DNA of 64,000 nucleotides, from contig CAXXSL010000020.1 of NCBI GenBank assembly GCA_963675525.2, forward strand, positions 64,001 through 128,000, given 5' to 3'. The number at the start of each line of letters is the position of its first letter. Positions within the stretch are counted from its first letter, which is position 1. This document shows positions 21,278 through 31,020 of the stretch, piece after piece. The translations under genes and the position numbers were made by a program. The notes under the pieces were generated by a model. It had not been told where the DNA came from. It was given only the letters and a program-made list of their open reading frames with translations, and ran no database searches. This stretch comes from Anaerohalosphaeraceae bacterium (GTDB lineage Bacteria; Planctomycetota; Phycisphaerae; Sedimentisphaerales; Anaerohalosphaeraceae).

Positions 21278-21888
21278 ATAATCAACGGAGTCTTCTTGTC
21301 ATTACACTATTGGCACTGGTCGCAGGCTGTCACGTTCAGCCGCGGGTCACGGACGGTAAACAGCTTTTTCTACTGGACGTTGTCCGAACCGGAGGGAAAT
21401 CCTCCGCGACGGTAGATGCCGTTCTGAAAATCCGTTCCTGCCGGGTCAGCGAGCCGTTCAACAACTGTTCGTTGCTTTACCGCACCGGTTCGGTTCGGTA
21501 TGAACAGGACCATTACAACCTGTTTCTGACAAGCCCGGATGAACAACTGACCAGTATCCTTCGTGTATGGTTCCAGGATAGCGGCCTGTTCAGGAGCGTT
21601 GAAACACAGATTTTATCGACGGAATACACGCTTGAAAGCCATGTGGACAAGCTGTATGCGGATTTTCAAAATAAACAGGCTCCCCTTGCGACGGTACAGA
21701 TGCATGCCATGTTAAGCAAATATGACAAAAGTTGTTCCTGTACAACGGTCATCCTGAACAAGGCGTTCATCTTCAAAACCCCCATGCTGCCTAATCCCAC
21801 TGCAACAGACGTTGTTGAAGCGTTTAGCAACTGTTTAAAGCAGATTCTGAAAGATTTGGAAGCTGAAATTACAGCGATTCAGGAGTAA
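21274..21888 (+). CDS. PqiC-like ABC auxiliary lipoprotein
   Basis: Lipobox VAGC; last gene of MCE operon; ATGA overlap. Confidence 0.78.
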   Translation: MNNQRSLLVITLLALVAGCHVQPRVTDGKQLFLLDVVRTGGKSSATVDAVLKIRSCRVSEPFNNCSLLYRTGSVRYEQDHYNLFLTSPDEQLTSILRVWFQDSGLFRSVETQILSTEYTLESHVDKLYADFQNKQAPLATVQMHAMLSKYDKSCSCTTVILNKAFIFKTPMLPNPTATDVVEAFSNCLKQILKDLEAEITAIQE

Positions 21889-21937
21889 ACACAATACTCT
21901 CTTTTCTTGTTTGGGAGTACACTCACTCAGAGGGTCT

Positions 21938-23806
21938 TTACTGCGTTGCCAAATCATAGGTGATCGAATAGGAATCGCCGTCGAAGTTGGTGTTGACACT
22001 GTAGCCGGAGTTGTAGAATAACTGCAGCATGGATTTATTGATCGGCAGCACGGTAGCATAGAATTTTCTGACACCCCGGTCGGTTGCGACCCGTGTCAGG
22101 TAATCCAGCAGCACTGACCCCATCCCTTTGTCCTGCCATTCATCCAGCACGATAAAAGCCACTTCGGCCACCAATGTCTTCGGGTCCAGGAAATACTGGG
22201 CAATACCGACGATATCCTCGGCGCCTTCGGTGCCGGGAACAACCGCTACGATGGCCAGGTTCTGCTCATAATCCACATTGGTCAGTTTCTGCACATCTTT
22301 ATGCGGGAACGTCTTGGTGTGCGTAAAGTAGCGTTTTTTAACGGATTCGGCAGACAACGAATACAGCATCTCCGACAGCGCCGATTCGTCCGTGGGCTTG
22401 ACGGGGCGAAGCATTAGCTCCGTGCCGTCTTTGAGCGTCTCGTACCGTTCCAGTTCCTGCGGGTAACGCACCTTGTCCCATTCCATCTCGATCTGGTCAG
22501 GCTGAACATACTGCTGCGCCTTGGCGGCCTGAATGAGTTCCTTGCGGAATTTCGGATGCGCAATATTGATCAGCGACAGCACACGTTCCCGGATCGATTT
22601 ACCGTGCAGGTAGGCAATGCCGTACTCAGTAACCACATAATGCACGTCGCCGCGGGTTGTCACAACACCGGCCCCATCGGTTAGTTTGGGGACGATCCGC
22701 GAGATCGTGTCGTCTTTGGCGGTTGAGGGCATGGCGATGATCGGCTTTCCACCGCGAGATCGCGCGCAGCCCCGGATAAAGTCAACCTGTCCGCCGATGC
22801 CGCTGTAGAATTTATAACCCAGCGAATCTGCGCAAACCTGACCGGTCAAGTCAATCTCCAGCCCGACATTGATCCCGACCATCTTGTCATGCTGGGCAAT
22901 CACAAACGGGTCGTTGACATACTCGGTCGGATGAAACTCAAAGAACGGGTTGTTGTCGATATAATCATACAGCTTCTGCGATCCCATACAAAAACTGGCC
23001 ACCACCTTGCCGCGATTGATCGTTTTCTTGGAGCACGACACCGCCCCGCATTCGATCAGTTCGATGATCCAGTCACCGAACATCTCGGTATGGATGCCCA
23101 GCTCTTTCTTATCATGGAGAAATTCAGCCATTGCCTGCGGGATCCGTCCGATGCCGCATTCGATCGTGCTGCCATCCTCGATCAGACGCGCCAGGTTCCG
23201 CCCGATACTTCGCAGAACCTCATTGGGGGCTTCCGCTTCGACCGTGATGATCGCTTCATTGTGCGGCACCATGACATCGATATTATTCACATGAATAAAA
23301 CTGTCGCCCATGGTGCGCGGCATATTTTCATTGATCTGGGCGATCACAAACTTTGCATTGGCCGCGGCGGCCTTGACGATATCCACCGATACACCCAGAC
23401 TGCACAAGCCATTGATATCCGGCGGTGTCACGGCAATCAAAGCGACGTCCAGTGAAATGCGGCCGCTCTCAAACTGTCTCGGAATATCCGATAAAAAGAT
23501 CGGGGTATAATCGCCCACTCCCTGCTCAAAAGCCCCTCGCACGTTCTCGGCGATAAAGAAACTGTTCATTTTGAATTTTTCACGGAATTTCGGGCTGGCA
23601 TAAGGTGCTGTTCCCATTGTCAGCAAATGAATAATGTGCGCATCGTAAATATGGTCACCGTACTCGACGAGGCTGTTAACCAGATACTGCGGTTGGCCGC
23701 AACCGGTCCCGATAAAAATACTGTCACCCGGCCGGACCTTTTTGATCGCCTCCCGAGCCGTCATGACCAGATCGCCGTACTTTTCTTTCCAGTCAAATGT
23801 ATTCAT
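21938..23806 (-). CDS. Acetyl-CoA hydrolase/4-hydroxybutyrate CoA-transferase family protein fused to C-terminal GNAT domain
   Basis: GIGRIP, GIHTEM, SGIGGQVDF, VVTEYG; C-terminal LRPVKPTDE..AEVAF..WQDKGMG. Confidence 0.9.
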   Translation of the reverse strand: MNTFDWKEKYGDLVMTAREAIKKVRPGDSIFIGTGCGQPQYLVNSLVEYGDHIYDAHIIHLLTMGTAPYASPKFREKFKMNSFFIAENVRGAFEQGVGDYTPIFLSDIPRQFESGRISLDVALIAVTPPDINGLCSLGVSVDIVKAAAANAKFVIAQINENMPRTMGDSFIHVNNIDVMVPHNEAIITVEAEAPNEVLRSIGRNLARLIEDGSTIECGIGRIPQAMAEFLHDKKELGIHTEMFGDWIIELIECGAVSCSKKTINRGKVVASFCMGSQKLYDYIDNNPFFEFHPTEYVNDPFVIAQHDKMVGINVGLEIDLTGQVCADSLGYKFYSGIGGQVDFIRGCARSRGGKPIIAMPSTAKDDTISRIVPKLTDGAGVVTTRGDVHYVVTEYGIAYLHGKSIRERVLSLINIAHPKFRKELIQAAKAQQYVQPDQIEMEWDKVRYPQELERYETLKDGTELMLRPVKPTDESALSEMLYSLSAESVKKRYFTHTKTFPHKDVQKLTNVDYEQNLAIVAVVPGTEGAEDIVGIAQYFLDPKTLVAEVAFIVLDEWQDKGMGSVLLDYLTRVATDRGVRKFYATVLPINKSMLQLFYNSGYSVNTNFDGDSYSITYDLATQ

Positions 23807-23867
23807 TTTCCCGTTCCTTCCTGAAACGCAGTTTTTTGATTTTTACCATATCCATCACAACCGCTGA

Positions 23868-25979
23868 TTATCGCTTTTCCAGCATCATCATCGAATCAAC
23901 AGCTATCGGTATTGTGCCTTCACGCCCTACCACAAACGGGTTGATGTCCAATTCTTTGATCTGCGGAAATTCCGTAACCAACTGAGATAGTCGCTGTAAG
24001 GCCTCGGCAATCGCACTGATATCGACACCTTCTTCGCCCCGGGTTCCCTTGAGAATGTCATAGGTCTTCGTACGAACAAGCATCTCCATTGCTTCGTCGG
24101 CGGTCAGCGGGGCCGGATAGAACACAACATCCTCCAGAACCTCCACCAGTTTGCCGCCGGTGCCAAACATCATCAGCGGCCCAAACCTCGGGTCGCGGTT
24201 CATCCCTAAGATCACCTCCCGGCCGATCGAACACATTTTCTCGACGCAAATCCCAAGGACATTGGCATTAGGCGCCTTTTTAGGAATGCGATACATCATC
24301 AGGTCGAATACATCCATGACCTGCTGTTCACCGACCACATTTGTTTTAACCCCGCCCACATCGGTTTTGTGCAATATCTCCGGAGACCATATCTTCATCA
24401 CAACCGGATAACCAATCTGATTGGCAATATTCACCGCCTGTTCGGGAGTTGTGGCCAGTCCGCCCTGCGGGGTGACAAATCCGTAGGCCTCCAGAATTTC
24501 CTTGGCTTCCATTTCGCCAACTTCCAATTGCCCCTGCCGCATGTGCCGCTCGATGATCCGTTCGACTTTTCGCCGGTTTACATTAAACAGTTTGACAACG
24601 CGTTTAGGGCGCGCACGCCACTTGGCATAGCGATGCATCACCCGGATGGTTTTGATGGCACTTTCCGGCGAGTCGTAAGGTGGGATCTTTCCTTTTCTGA
24701 GAATTTTAACTGCTTCGGCAACACGACTGGCCCCCAAAAAGCAGGCCAGAATAGGTTTTTCCCAGCCGTCTTCATTGGCCACACGCACAATTGCCTGAGC
24801 TGTTTCGGCACATTCGGTCATGGCATGAGGACTCAGCAATACCAGTACTGCGTCAACATTCGGGTCATCGAGTACGGTACGAATCGCAAATTCATAACGA
24901 TCCGACAATGCATCCCCCAGCAGGTCGATGGGGTTGCTGATGCTGGCCGCCCGCGACAGTTCCGCCGACAGGGCCATCCGGCTTTGTGTTTCTTCTGAAA
25001 ACTGGGCCAACTGAAGGCCTTCGCGTTCGATGGCATCCGTGGCCATAATGCCTGCACCGCCCGCATTGGCGATGACGGCTACGCGCGGCCCCTTGGGCAG
25101 CGGCTGATAGGCAAACGCCCGGGCGTAATCAAACTGATCCTTGATCGATTCACAGCGTACCACTCCGGCACGCTCGAAAACACATTCAAATGCGCTTTCC
25201 ACTTCCGCCAATCTGCCGGTATGAGAGGACGCCGCACGGGCACCGGCCTCAGTAAACCCGGCTTTCATCAACAGGATAGGTTTTTCACGACTGATCTTCT
25301 CGGCTTGGCGAATAAACGCATCGCCGTCGGCGATTGTTTCAAGATAGCCGGCAATGACTTTCGTTTCAGCATCTTCACCCATTGCACGGATAATGGTTAA
25401 TTCGTTCACATCGGCTTTATTGCCGATGCTGATGAGTTTGCTGAAACCCAGGCTTGTGTCACGAGCCATATCAACGATGGCCGCCAGCAGCGATCCGGAT
25501 TGGGAAAAGTACCCGATTGTTCCGGCCGCGGGCAAATCACCGCCAAAGCTGGCATTCAGTTTACTGCCGGGAACCATGATCCCGATGCAGTTGGGACCAA
25601 TGATACGAATGTTTGCGGATTTCGCTGTGCGAAGAATTGCTTTTTCCAGTTCAGAGCCTTCGGAACTCGATTCTTTAAAGCCCGATGAGACGATGACGAC
25701 TGCCTTAACACCGAGATCGGCACATTGTTTAATGACATCCAAGACCCGTTTGGCGGCGACCGCAATGACCACCAAGTCGGGAGCCTGACCGATCGATTTG
25801 AGATCGGGATAGGATTTCAGGCCCTGAATTTCATCGGCTGTGGGATTAACGGGAAATATTTTACCGGGAAACTGTCCTTTTAGCATCCCCGCAAGGATCT
25901 CGTAGCCGACCTTGCCGTTCTGCCGGGATGCACCGACAATCGCGACTGATTGAGGTTTAAAAAAGTGATCCAGACTCAT
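23868..25979 (-). CDS. NDP-forming acetate/acyl-CoA ligase, alpha+beta (ATP-grasp) fusion
   Basis: PQSVAIVGAS, IGPNC, SQSGS, SHTG catalytic His, NPIDL, HKTDVGGV, ELDINP; start reassigned to MSLDHFF at 25979 (GAGGA SD). Confidence 0.9.
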   Translation of the reverse strand: MSLDHFFKPQSVAIVGASRQNGKVGYEILAGMLKGQFPGKIFPVNPTADEIQGLKSYPDLKSIGQAPDLVVIAVAAKRVLDVIKQCADLGVKAVVIVSSGFKESSSEGSELEKAILRTAKSANIRIIGPNCIGIMVPGSKLNASFGGDLPAAGTIGYFSQSGSLLAAIVDMARDTSLGFSKLISIGNKADVNELTIIRAMGEDAETKVIAGYLETIADGDAFIRQAEKISREKPILLMKAGFTEAGARAASSHTGRLAEVESAFECVFERAGVVRCESIKDQFDYARAFAYQPLPKGPRVAVIANAGGAGIMATDAIEREGLQLAQFSEETQSRMALSAELSRAASISNPIDLLGDALSDRYEFAIRTVLDDPNVDAVLVLLSPHAMTECAETAQAIVRVANEDGWEKPILACFLGASRVAEAVKILRKGKIPPYDSPESAIKTIRVMHRYAKWRARPKRVVKLFNVNRRKVERIIERHMRQGQLEVGEMEAKEILEAYGFVTPQGGLATTPEQAVNIANQIGYPVVMKIWSPEILHKTDVGGVKTNVVGEQQVMDVFDLMMYRIPKKAPNANVLGICVEKMCSIGREVILGMNRDPRFGPLMMFGTGGKLVEVLEDVVFYPAPLTADEAMEMLVRTKTYDILKGTRGEEGVDISAIAEALQRLSQLVTEFPQIKELDINPFVVGREGTIPIAVDSMMMLEKR

Positions 25980-26198
25980 CGTATCCTCGATATTTGTCTC
26001 GGCCTTTATGCCTGCCGGGCTTTGTACTCGGAGACTGATTAAAGCACTTTTTATATCCGCAAACCGACCCCATGTAAAGAGTTTTGTCTTTATTGTGTCG
26101 GTATTTAACGTAAAAATTTTCCTTTCCGTCAAAAAAACTGCTTGTCTGAAAAAAGCCTTTACATAACCGGTTTAAAAAGCTATATTAAAAACTCTTAT

Positions 26199-26270
26199 GC
26201 CGAGGTAGCTCAACGGTAGAGCACAGCTTTCGTAAAGCTGGGGTTGAGGGTTCAATTCCCTTCTTCGGCT
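26199..26270 (+). tRNA. tRNA-Thr(CGT)
   Basis: GCCGAGGTAGCTCAACGGTAGAGCACAGCTTTCGTAAAGCTGGGGTTGAGGGTTCAATTCCCTTCTTCGGCT; anticodon CGT; CCA not encoded. Confidence 0.95.
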
Positions 26271-26275
26271 GTAAC

Positions 26276-26301
26276 GCCCCAATCCAGCCGGGGCTTTTTT
26301 T
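26276..26301 (+). terminator. Terminator-like hairpin after tRNA-Thr
   Basis: GCCCC...GGGGC + T7. Confidence 0.55.
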
Positions 26302-27135
26302 ATGGATCAAATCATGGAGTTTCAGGATAAATATCAAAATCTGAAAGACCGCTTGAAGGCTGATGGAAAAGTCGCCATTGCCTTCTCCGGCGGTGTGGAC
26401 AGTACGTTTTTGCTCAAAGCGGCTGTTGAGACGCTCGGGGTGGACAATGTGCTGGCGTGTACGGGGGTTAGTGCGTCCCTGTCACAGCATCAGCTTGAAC
26501 AGGCCCGCGAGATGGCAAAACTTATCGGGGTCGAGCTTGTCGAAATCGGGCTGGATGAGTTGGATGACCCGAATTACCAAGCCAATAAAGCTGACCGTTG
26601 CTTTCACTGTAAAACATGCCAGTTTCGAACGATTCAGGAATATGCCGGACAACGGGGTTTTGAGCATACGCTCTGCGGGAGTAATTGGGACGACAAGGAC
26701 GACTATCGTCCCGGCAATCGAGCTGTGGAAGCGCTGGGCATTGGGACGCCGCTGATGGATGCGAAACTGACCAAAGCCGACATTCGCCAACTCAGCCGGC
26801 AACTGGGTTTACCAACGGCGGATGTTCCGGCCTCTCCCTGCCTGGCTTCCCGCATTGCCTACGGTGAAACGATTACCGAACAAAAACTTGCACAAGTCGA
26901 GCAGGCAGAGGATTTTCTGCGGCAACTGGGATTTGTCGAATTCCGGGTTCGCCACCACGGTGATCTGGCGCGTATCGAAGTGCCCTCTTTGCACATCCAT
27001 GAAATCGCTCAGCCGGACTGTCGCAACAAAATTGTGAAACAATTCAAAGAACTTGGTTTTCGTTATGTCAGCCTCGATATGCAGGGTTTTCGTTCCGGAT
27101 CACTGAATGAAAGTCTGGGCGATTTTCAGGTTTAA
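26302..27135 (+). CDS. larE: LarE-family PP-loop ATP-dependent sulfur transferase
   Basis: AFSGGVDS, RCFHCK, DYRPG, PCLASRI, RVRHHG, GFRSGS. Confidence 0.9.
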   Translation: MDQIMEFQDKYQNLKDRLKADGKVAIAFSGGVDSTFLLKAAVETLGVDNVLACTGVSASLSQHQLEQAREMAKLIGVELVEIGLDELDDPNYQANKADRCFHCKTCQFRTIQEYAGQRGFEHTLCGSNWDDKDDYRPGNRAVEALGIGTPLMDAKLTKADIRQLSRQLGLPTADVPASPCLASRIAYGETITEQKLAQVEQAEDFLRQLGFVEFRVRHHGDLARIEVPSLHIHEIAQPDCRNKIVKQFKELGFRYVSLDMQGFRSGSLNESLGDFQV

Positions 27136-27211
27136 ATTCCACAGGAATTGCGGACAAAAAGACCCTAAAAACAAGGACTGAAAGGGAATACTTGAGAACA
27201 TTCAGAAGCGC

Positions 27212-27287
27212 AAAAAAAAAGGCCAGGTTATTCATCACCCTGGCCCATATCTTTTCCACCCGTCCTCCAACGTGTGTAATACCATTG
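27212..27287 (-). ncRNA. Candidate ~75-nt small RNA
   Basis: Minus-strand TTGACT-17-TAAAAT promoter (27321-27293) and GGCCAGG/CCTGGCC hairpin + T9 terminator (27245-27212). Confidence 0.45.
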
Positions 27288-27416
27288 AGTTTATTTTACG
27301 CGCACTGATGTATAGAGTCAACAGTATTTTTAAATTTTTCTGATTTTTTGTTCAGATTAACACCCCAACTTCACAATAAAAGCCCGTATAAAGCGTAAAA
27401 GCCGTTTTTTTCTTTG

Positions 27417-27445
27417 TTGCAAGGGTGTTTTTTTTAGGCTATACT
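27417..27445 (+). promoter_or_regulatory. Sigma70-type promoter of ahcY
   Basis: TTGCAA-17-TATACT. Confidence 0.6.
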
Positions 27446-27487
27446 TCGACAGTTAATCATTTTGGAAGAACCTGAAAGGAAAAATGG

Positions 27488-28936
27488 ATGGAAACGATGC
27501 AGAATTCAACAAAGAATGTACAGAAATATGACCCGAATTTAAAATACAAGGTGGCCGATATTTCTTTGGCAGAATTTGGACGCAAAGAAATGCAGATCGC
27601 CGAAAAAGAGATGCCAGGGCTGATGGCAACGCGTGAAAAATACGGACAGGAACAACCGTTAAAGGGTCTCAAGATCACCGGTTCCCTGCACATGACCATT
27701 CAGACCGCAATGCTCATCGAGACACTTGAGGTTCTTGGTGCCGATGTCCGCTGGGCCTCGTGCAATATCTTCTCGACACAGGACCATGCCGCGGCCGCGA
27801 TTGCTGCCGCCGGGCGAACGCCCGTTTTCGCATGGAAAGGCGAAACGCTGGAAGACTACTGGTGGTGCACCGAGCAGGCATTGACCTGGCCGGACGGTTC
27901 CGGGCCGGATATGATCGTCGATGACGGCGGTGACGCCACGTTAATGATTATTCAGGGCCAGCGGGTCGAAAAGGACCCGTCACTGCTGGATAAGAAATAC
28001 GATAACAAGGAATTCCAGATTATCATGGACCGCCTGGCGTCCAACTATGCCGACAACCCGACCCGCTGGACAAAGGTCGCCGAAAACCTTCGCGGCGTCT
28101 CGGAAGAAACCACCACCGGCGTCCATCGGCTGTACCAGTTGCAGGAATCCGGCGAACTGCCTTTCCCTGCGATCAATGTCAACGACTCCGTGACCAAATC
28201 CAAATTCGACAATCTCTACGGCTGCCGCGAATCATTGGCCGACGGCATCAAACGCGCCACCGATGTCATGATTGCCGGCAAGGTCGTTGTCGTCGCCGGT
28301 TACGGCGATGTCGGCAAGGGCTGTGCCCACTCCATGAAAGCCCTGGGCGCTCGCGTACTGATTACGGAAATTGACCCTATCTGTGCCCTTCAGGCCATGA
28401 TGGAAGGCTACGAAGTAACGACCATGGAAGACGCCGCACCCGAAGGTGATATTTTCGTAACAACCACCGGTAACTGCGACGTTATCTGCGGCAGCCACAT
28501 GGAACAGATGAAAGACGAAGCCATCGTCTGCAACATCGGCCACTTCGACAGCGAGATCGAAATGAGCTATCTGGAAAACAGTGCCGACTGCAAGAAGGAC
28601 AACATCAAACCGCAGGTGGACAAATGGACGTTCAAATCCGGCCGTTCGATTATCGTGCTGGCCGAAGGCCGTCTGGTCAATCTGGGCTGTGCAACCGGCC
28701 ATCCAAGCTTTGTCATGAGCAACAGCTTCACCAACCAGTGTCTGGCACAAATCATGCTGGCAAATCAAAAATTGGAACCCGGCGTGTACACCCTGCCGAA
28801 AAAACTGGACGAGGAAGTAGCCATGCTGCACATTCAGGCGTTAGGCGGCAAAGTCACACGCTTGACTGAAAAACAAGCTGACTATCTCGGTATCCCCGTA
28901 GAAGGCCCCTACAAACCGGAACACTATCGATATTAA
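27488..28936 (+). CDS. ahcY: Adenosylhomocysteinase
   Basis: [54 protein letters not shown]. Confidence 0.98.
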   Translation: METMQNSTKNVQKYDPNLKYKVADISLAEFGRKEMQIAEKEMPGLMATREKYGQEQPLKGLKITGSLHMTIQTAMLIETLEVLGADVRWASCNIFSTQDHAAAAIAAAGRTPVFAWKGETLEDYWWCTEQALTWPDGSGPDMIVDDGGDATLMIIQGQRVEKDPSLLDKKYDNKEFQIIMDRLASNYADNPTRWTKVAENLRGVSEETTTGVHRLYQLQESGELPFPAINVNDSVTKSKFDNLYGCRESLADGIKRATDVMIAGKVVVVAGYGDVGKGCAHSMKALGARVLITEIDPICALQAMMEGYEVTTMEDAAPEGDIFVTTTGNCDVICGSHMEQMKDEAIVCNIGHFDSEIEMSYLENSADCKKDNIKPQVDKWTFKSGRSIIVLAEGRLVNLGCATGHPSFVMSNSFTNQCLAQIMLANQKLEPGVYTLPKKLDEEVAMLHIQALGGKVTRLTEKQADYLGIPVEGPYKPEHYRY

Positions 28937-28948
28937 GCGGATAGCTCG

Positions 28949-30334
28949 ATGACATCGTTTGTTGTTTTATGTATCCTGTTAGGAGCCGGACATGTCCTGC
29001 GCAGCCAGATTAAGCTTTTTCAAAAGCTGTATCTGCCGAGTTGTGTTATTGGCGGCCTGTTTGGACTGCTGGTCATTCAGGTTCTTTCCGCCGGTTCGGG
29101 TAGTTGTGTCATCTGTGAATCGACCAGCAGTTGGCTCGATGACATCACCGCCCCATGGCAAAAGCTGCCGTCGTTTCTGATTAATATCGTTTTTGCCTGC
29201 TTATTTCTCGGCGTTAAACTGCCGAAGTTCTCGGAAATCTGGAAACGCTCCGCACCGCAGGTCGTATATGGGCAAATCGTCGCCTGGGGTCAGTATGTCG
29301 TCGGTTTGGGACTGTGGATATTTGTATTAGGCTGGATATTCACAGATTTGCCCGGTATGTTCGCCGGAATCCTGCCCGTGGGCTTTGAAGGCGGCCACGG
29401 CACCGCCGCCGGCATGGGACCGGTCTTTGCCCAATATGGCTGGCCCGAAGGTCAGGACTTGGCAATGACCAGCGCAACATTCGGCATCATGTCGGCCATT
29501 GTCGTCGGAACCATTCTCGTCAACTGGGCCGTGCGAAAAGGATACGCCGTCCGCCATAAAGAGCTGGCGGAACAAATCGAAGACGATTCAATCGCCATCA
29601 TTCCCATTGACCAGCGTCCCATTGCGGGCCGGTTGACCGTCAACAGTGATGTCATCGAAGCCTTCAGCCTGCATCTGGTCGCCGTTGGGTTGGCCGTCGG
29701 GATTGGAATACTCATCAAAAACGGATTGCTTCTGGTTGAAGCCAATATCCCCTATCTGGCCGACAAAAAACTGCTTTCGAGTTTTCCGTTATTTCCGTTG
29801 TGCATGATCGGCGGATTGGTCATACAGTTCATCGAGCTTAAATTTGACAAGCATCATCTCATTGACCTGGGACTGATTCGACGCATTCAGAATTGCTCAC
29901 TGGATTTTCTCGTCATCGCCGCGATTGCGATGATTCAAATCGCGGCGGTCAAGGCGGCGTTGGTTCCGCTGCTAATTCTCGTCGCCGCCGGTATCGGGTG
30001 GAATGTCTTCTGCGTCACCGCGCTGGCCCGCCGGATTTTGCCGGATGCGTGGTTTGAGCGGGCCATTGCGGAAATGGGCCAGTCAATGGGCGTCACCGCA
30101 ACGGGACTGCTGTTGCTCCGCATGGTGGACCCCGATTATGACACGCCCGCCGCTGATGCGTTCGCCTGCAAGCAAATCGTTCACGAACCGTTCATGGGCG
30201 GCGGATTGTGGACCAGCACGGCAATACCGCTCATCGCAATCTACGGCCCAATGCGGGTTTTCATCATCGCCGTGGTCGTTATCAGCATTTGGTTGGCCAT
30301 CGGCTGGAAAATGCGGTGTAAAAAGCTCGCCTAA
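28949..30334 (+). CDS. Sodium:glutamate symporter (GltS/ESS family)
   Basis: LPSCVIGG, GFEGGHGTAAG; ~12 TMs. Confidence 0.88.
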   Translation: MTSFVVLCILLGAGHVLRSQIKLFQKLYLPSCVIGGLFGLLVIQVLSAGSGSCVICESTSSWLDDITAPWQKLPSFLINIVFACLFLGVKLPKFSEIWKRSAPQVVYGQIVAWGQYVVGLGLWIFVLGWIFTDLPGMFAGILPVGFEGGHGTAAGMGPVFAQYGWPEGQDLAMTSATFGIMSAIVVGTILVNWAVRKGYAVRHKELAEQIEDDSIAIIPIDQRPIAGRLTVNSDVIEAFSLHLVAVGLAVGIGILIKNGLLLVEANIPYLADKKLLSSFPLFPLCMIGGLVIQFIELKFDKHHLIDLGLIRRIQNCSLDFLVIAAIAMIQIAAVKAALVPLLILVAAGIGWNVFCVTALARRILPDAWFERAIAEMGQSMGVTATGLLLLRMVDPDYDTPAADAFACKQIVHEPFMGGGLWTSTAIPLIAIYGPMRVFIIAVVVISIWLAIGWKMRCKKLA

Positions 30335-30431
30335 ACATCTCTCACTATTTTCTTGCCATCGCCGGCCCCCCGGCTTATAATTATCCCGATATTGTCTGTA
30401 AAAAGATTAAAATATCGGAAGGAAGGAAATT

Positions 30432-30830
30432 ATGTTACACGCAAAAACCATCATGAAACGCGATGTCATCAGCGTCCATCCCGAAACCCCGCTTGATAAA
30501 CTTATCGACATCCTGATTCAGCACACTATTACGGGAGTGCCGGTTCTGAACGACGATTCCTCGCTGGCGGGAATTGTAACCGAGAAAGATATCATGAATT
30601 TCCTGCTCGATAACAACATCTTTGATTTGACGAACGACCGCCTTTTATGTGAAACGACGGTTCATCACATCATGACCGCCAATGTTGTCACGTTTGATGA
30701 GGATGCCCCACTTAACGAAATCTGCCAAAGTCTGGTCAGCCACAATTTCCGGCGGGTTCCGATTATTGACAAGACCGGCAAACTCGTCGGCATCATCAGC
30801 CGAAAAGATATCATCGCCGTTATTTCCTGA
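30432..30830 (+). CDS. CBS-pair domain protein
   Basis: Two CBS repeats (GVPV..GIVTEKD; RVPI..GIISRKD). Confidence 0.9.
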   Translation: MLHAKTIMKRDVISVHPETPLDKLIDILIQHTITGVPVLNDDSSLAGIVTEKDIMNFLLDNNIFDLTNDRLLCETTVHHIMTANVVTFDEDAPLNEICQSLVSHNFRRVPIIDKTGKLVGIISRKDIIAVIS

Positions 30831-30876
30831 AAAACGTTTGGATTCCACTTTATTCTTCGCCTGAAAACCGAGTAAA

Positions 30877-30972
30877 CTGCCAGAATGGCAGAAAGCCTTT
30901 CAGCGTCTCAAAAACATATCTTCTTTTAAAATAAACACTTAAAAAAAACTCCTTTTGGGAACAGCATTTGCT
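30877..30972 (+). promoter_or_regulatory. Putative sigma54 promoter of clpB with IHF-like site and upstream palindrome
   Basis: GG-AACAGCATTT-GC (30958-30971); AAATAAACACTTA (30929-30941); CTGCCA-GAA-TGGCAG (30877-30891). Confidence 0.55.
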
Positions 30973-31020
30973 TTATAAAATACCGATGCTTGAATATCTT
31001 AAGAGGAAGGAATACCTAAC

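Noticed and set aside
27068..27259. 63-aa minus-strand ORF with GGAGG upstream
   Set aside because: Crosses a strong terminator and overlaps larE antisense; better explained as an sRNA locus
27330..27487. SAH or SAM riboswitch upstream of ahcY
   Set aside because: No GAGGAGCG or SAM-I core seen, and the predicted promoter leaves only a ~35-nt leader
30831..31020. CIRCE/HrcA or CtsR operator before clpB
   Set aside because: No TTAGCACTC-N9-GAGTGCTAA or GGTCAAA repeats present
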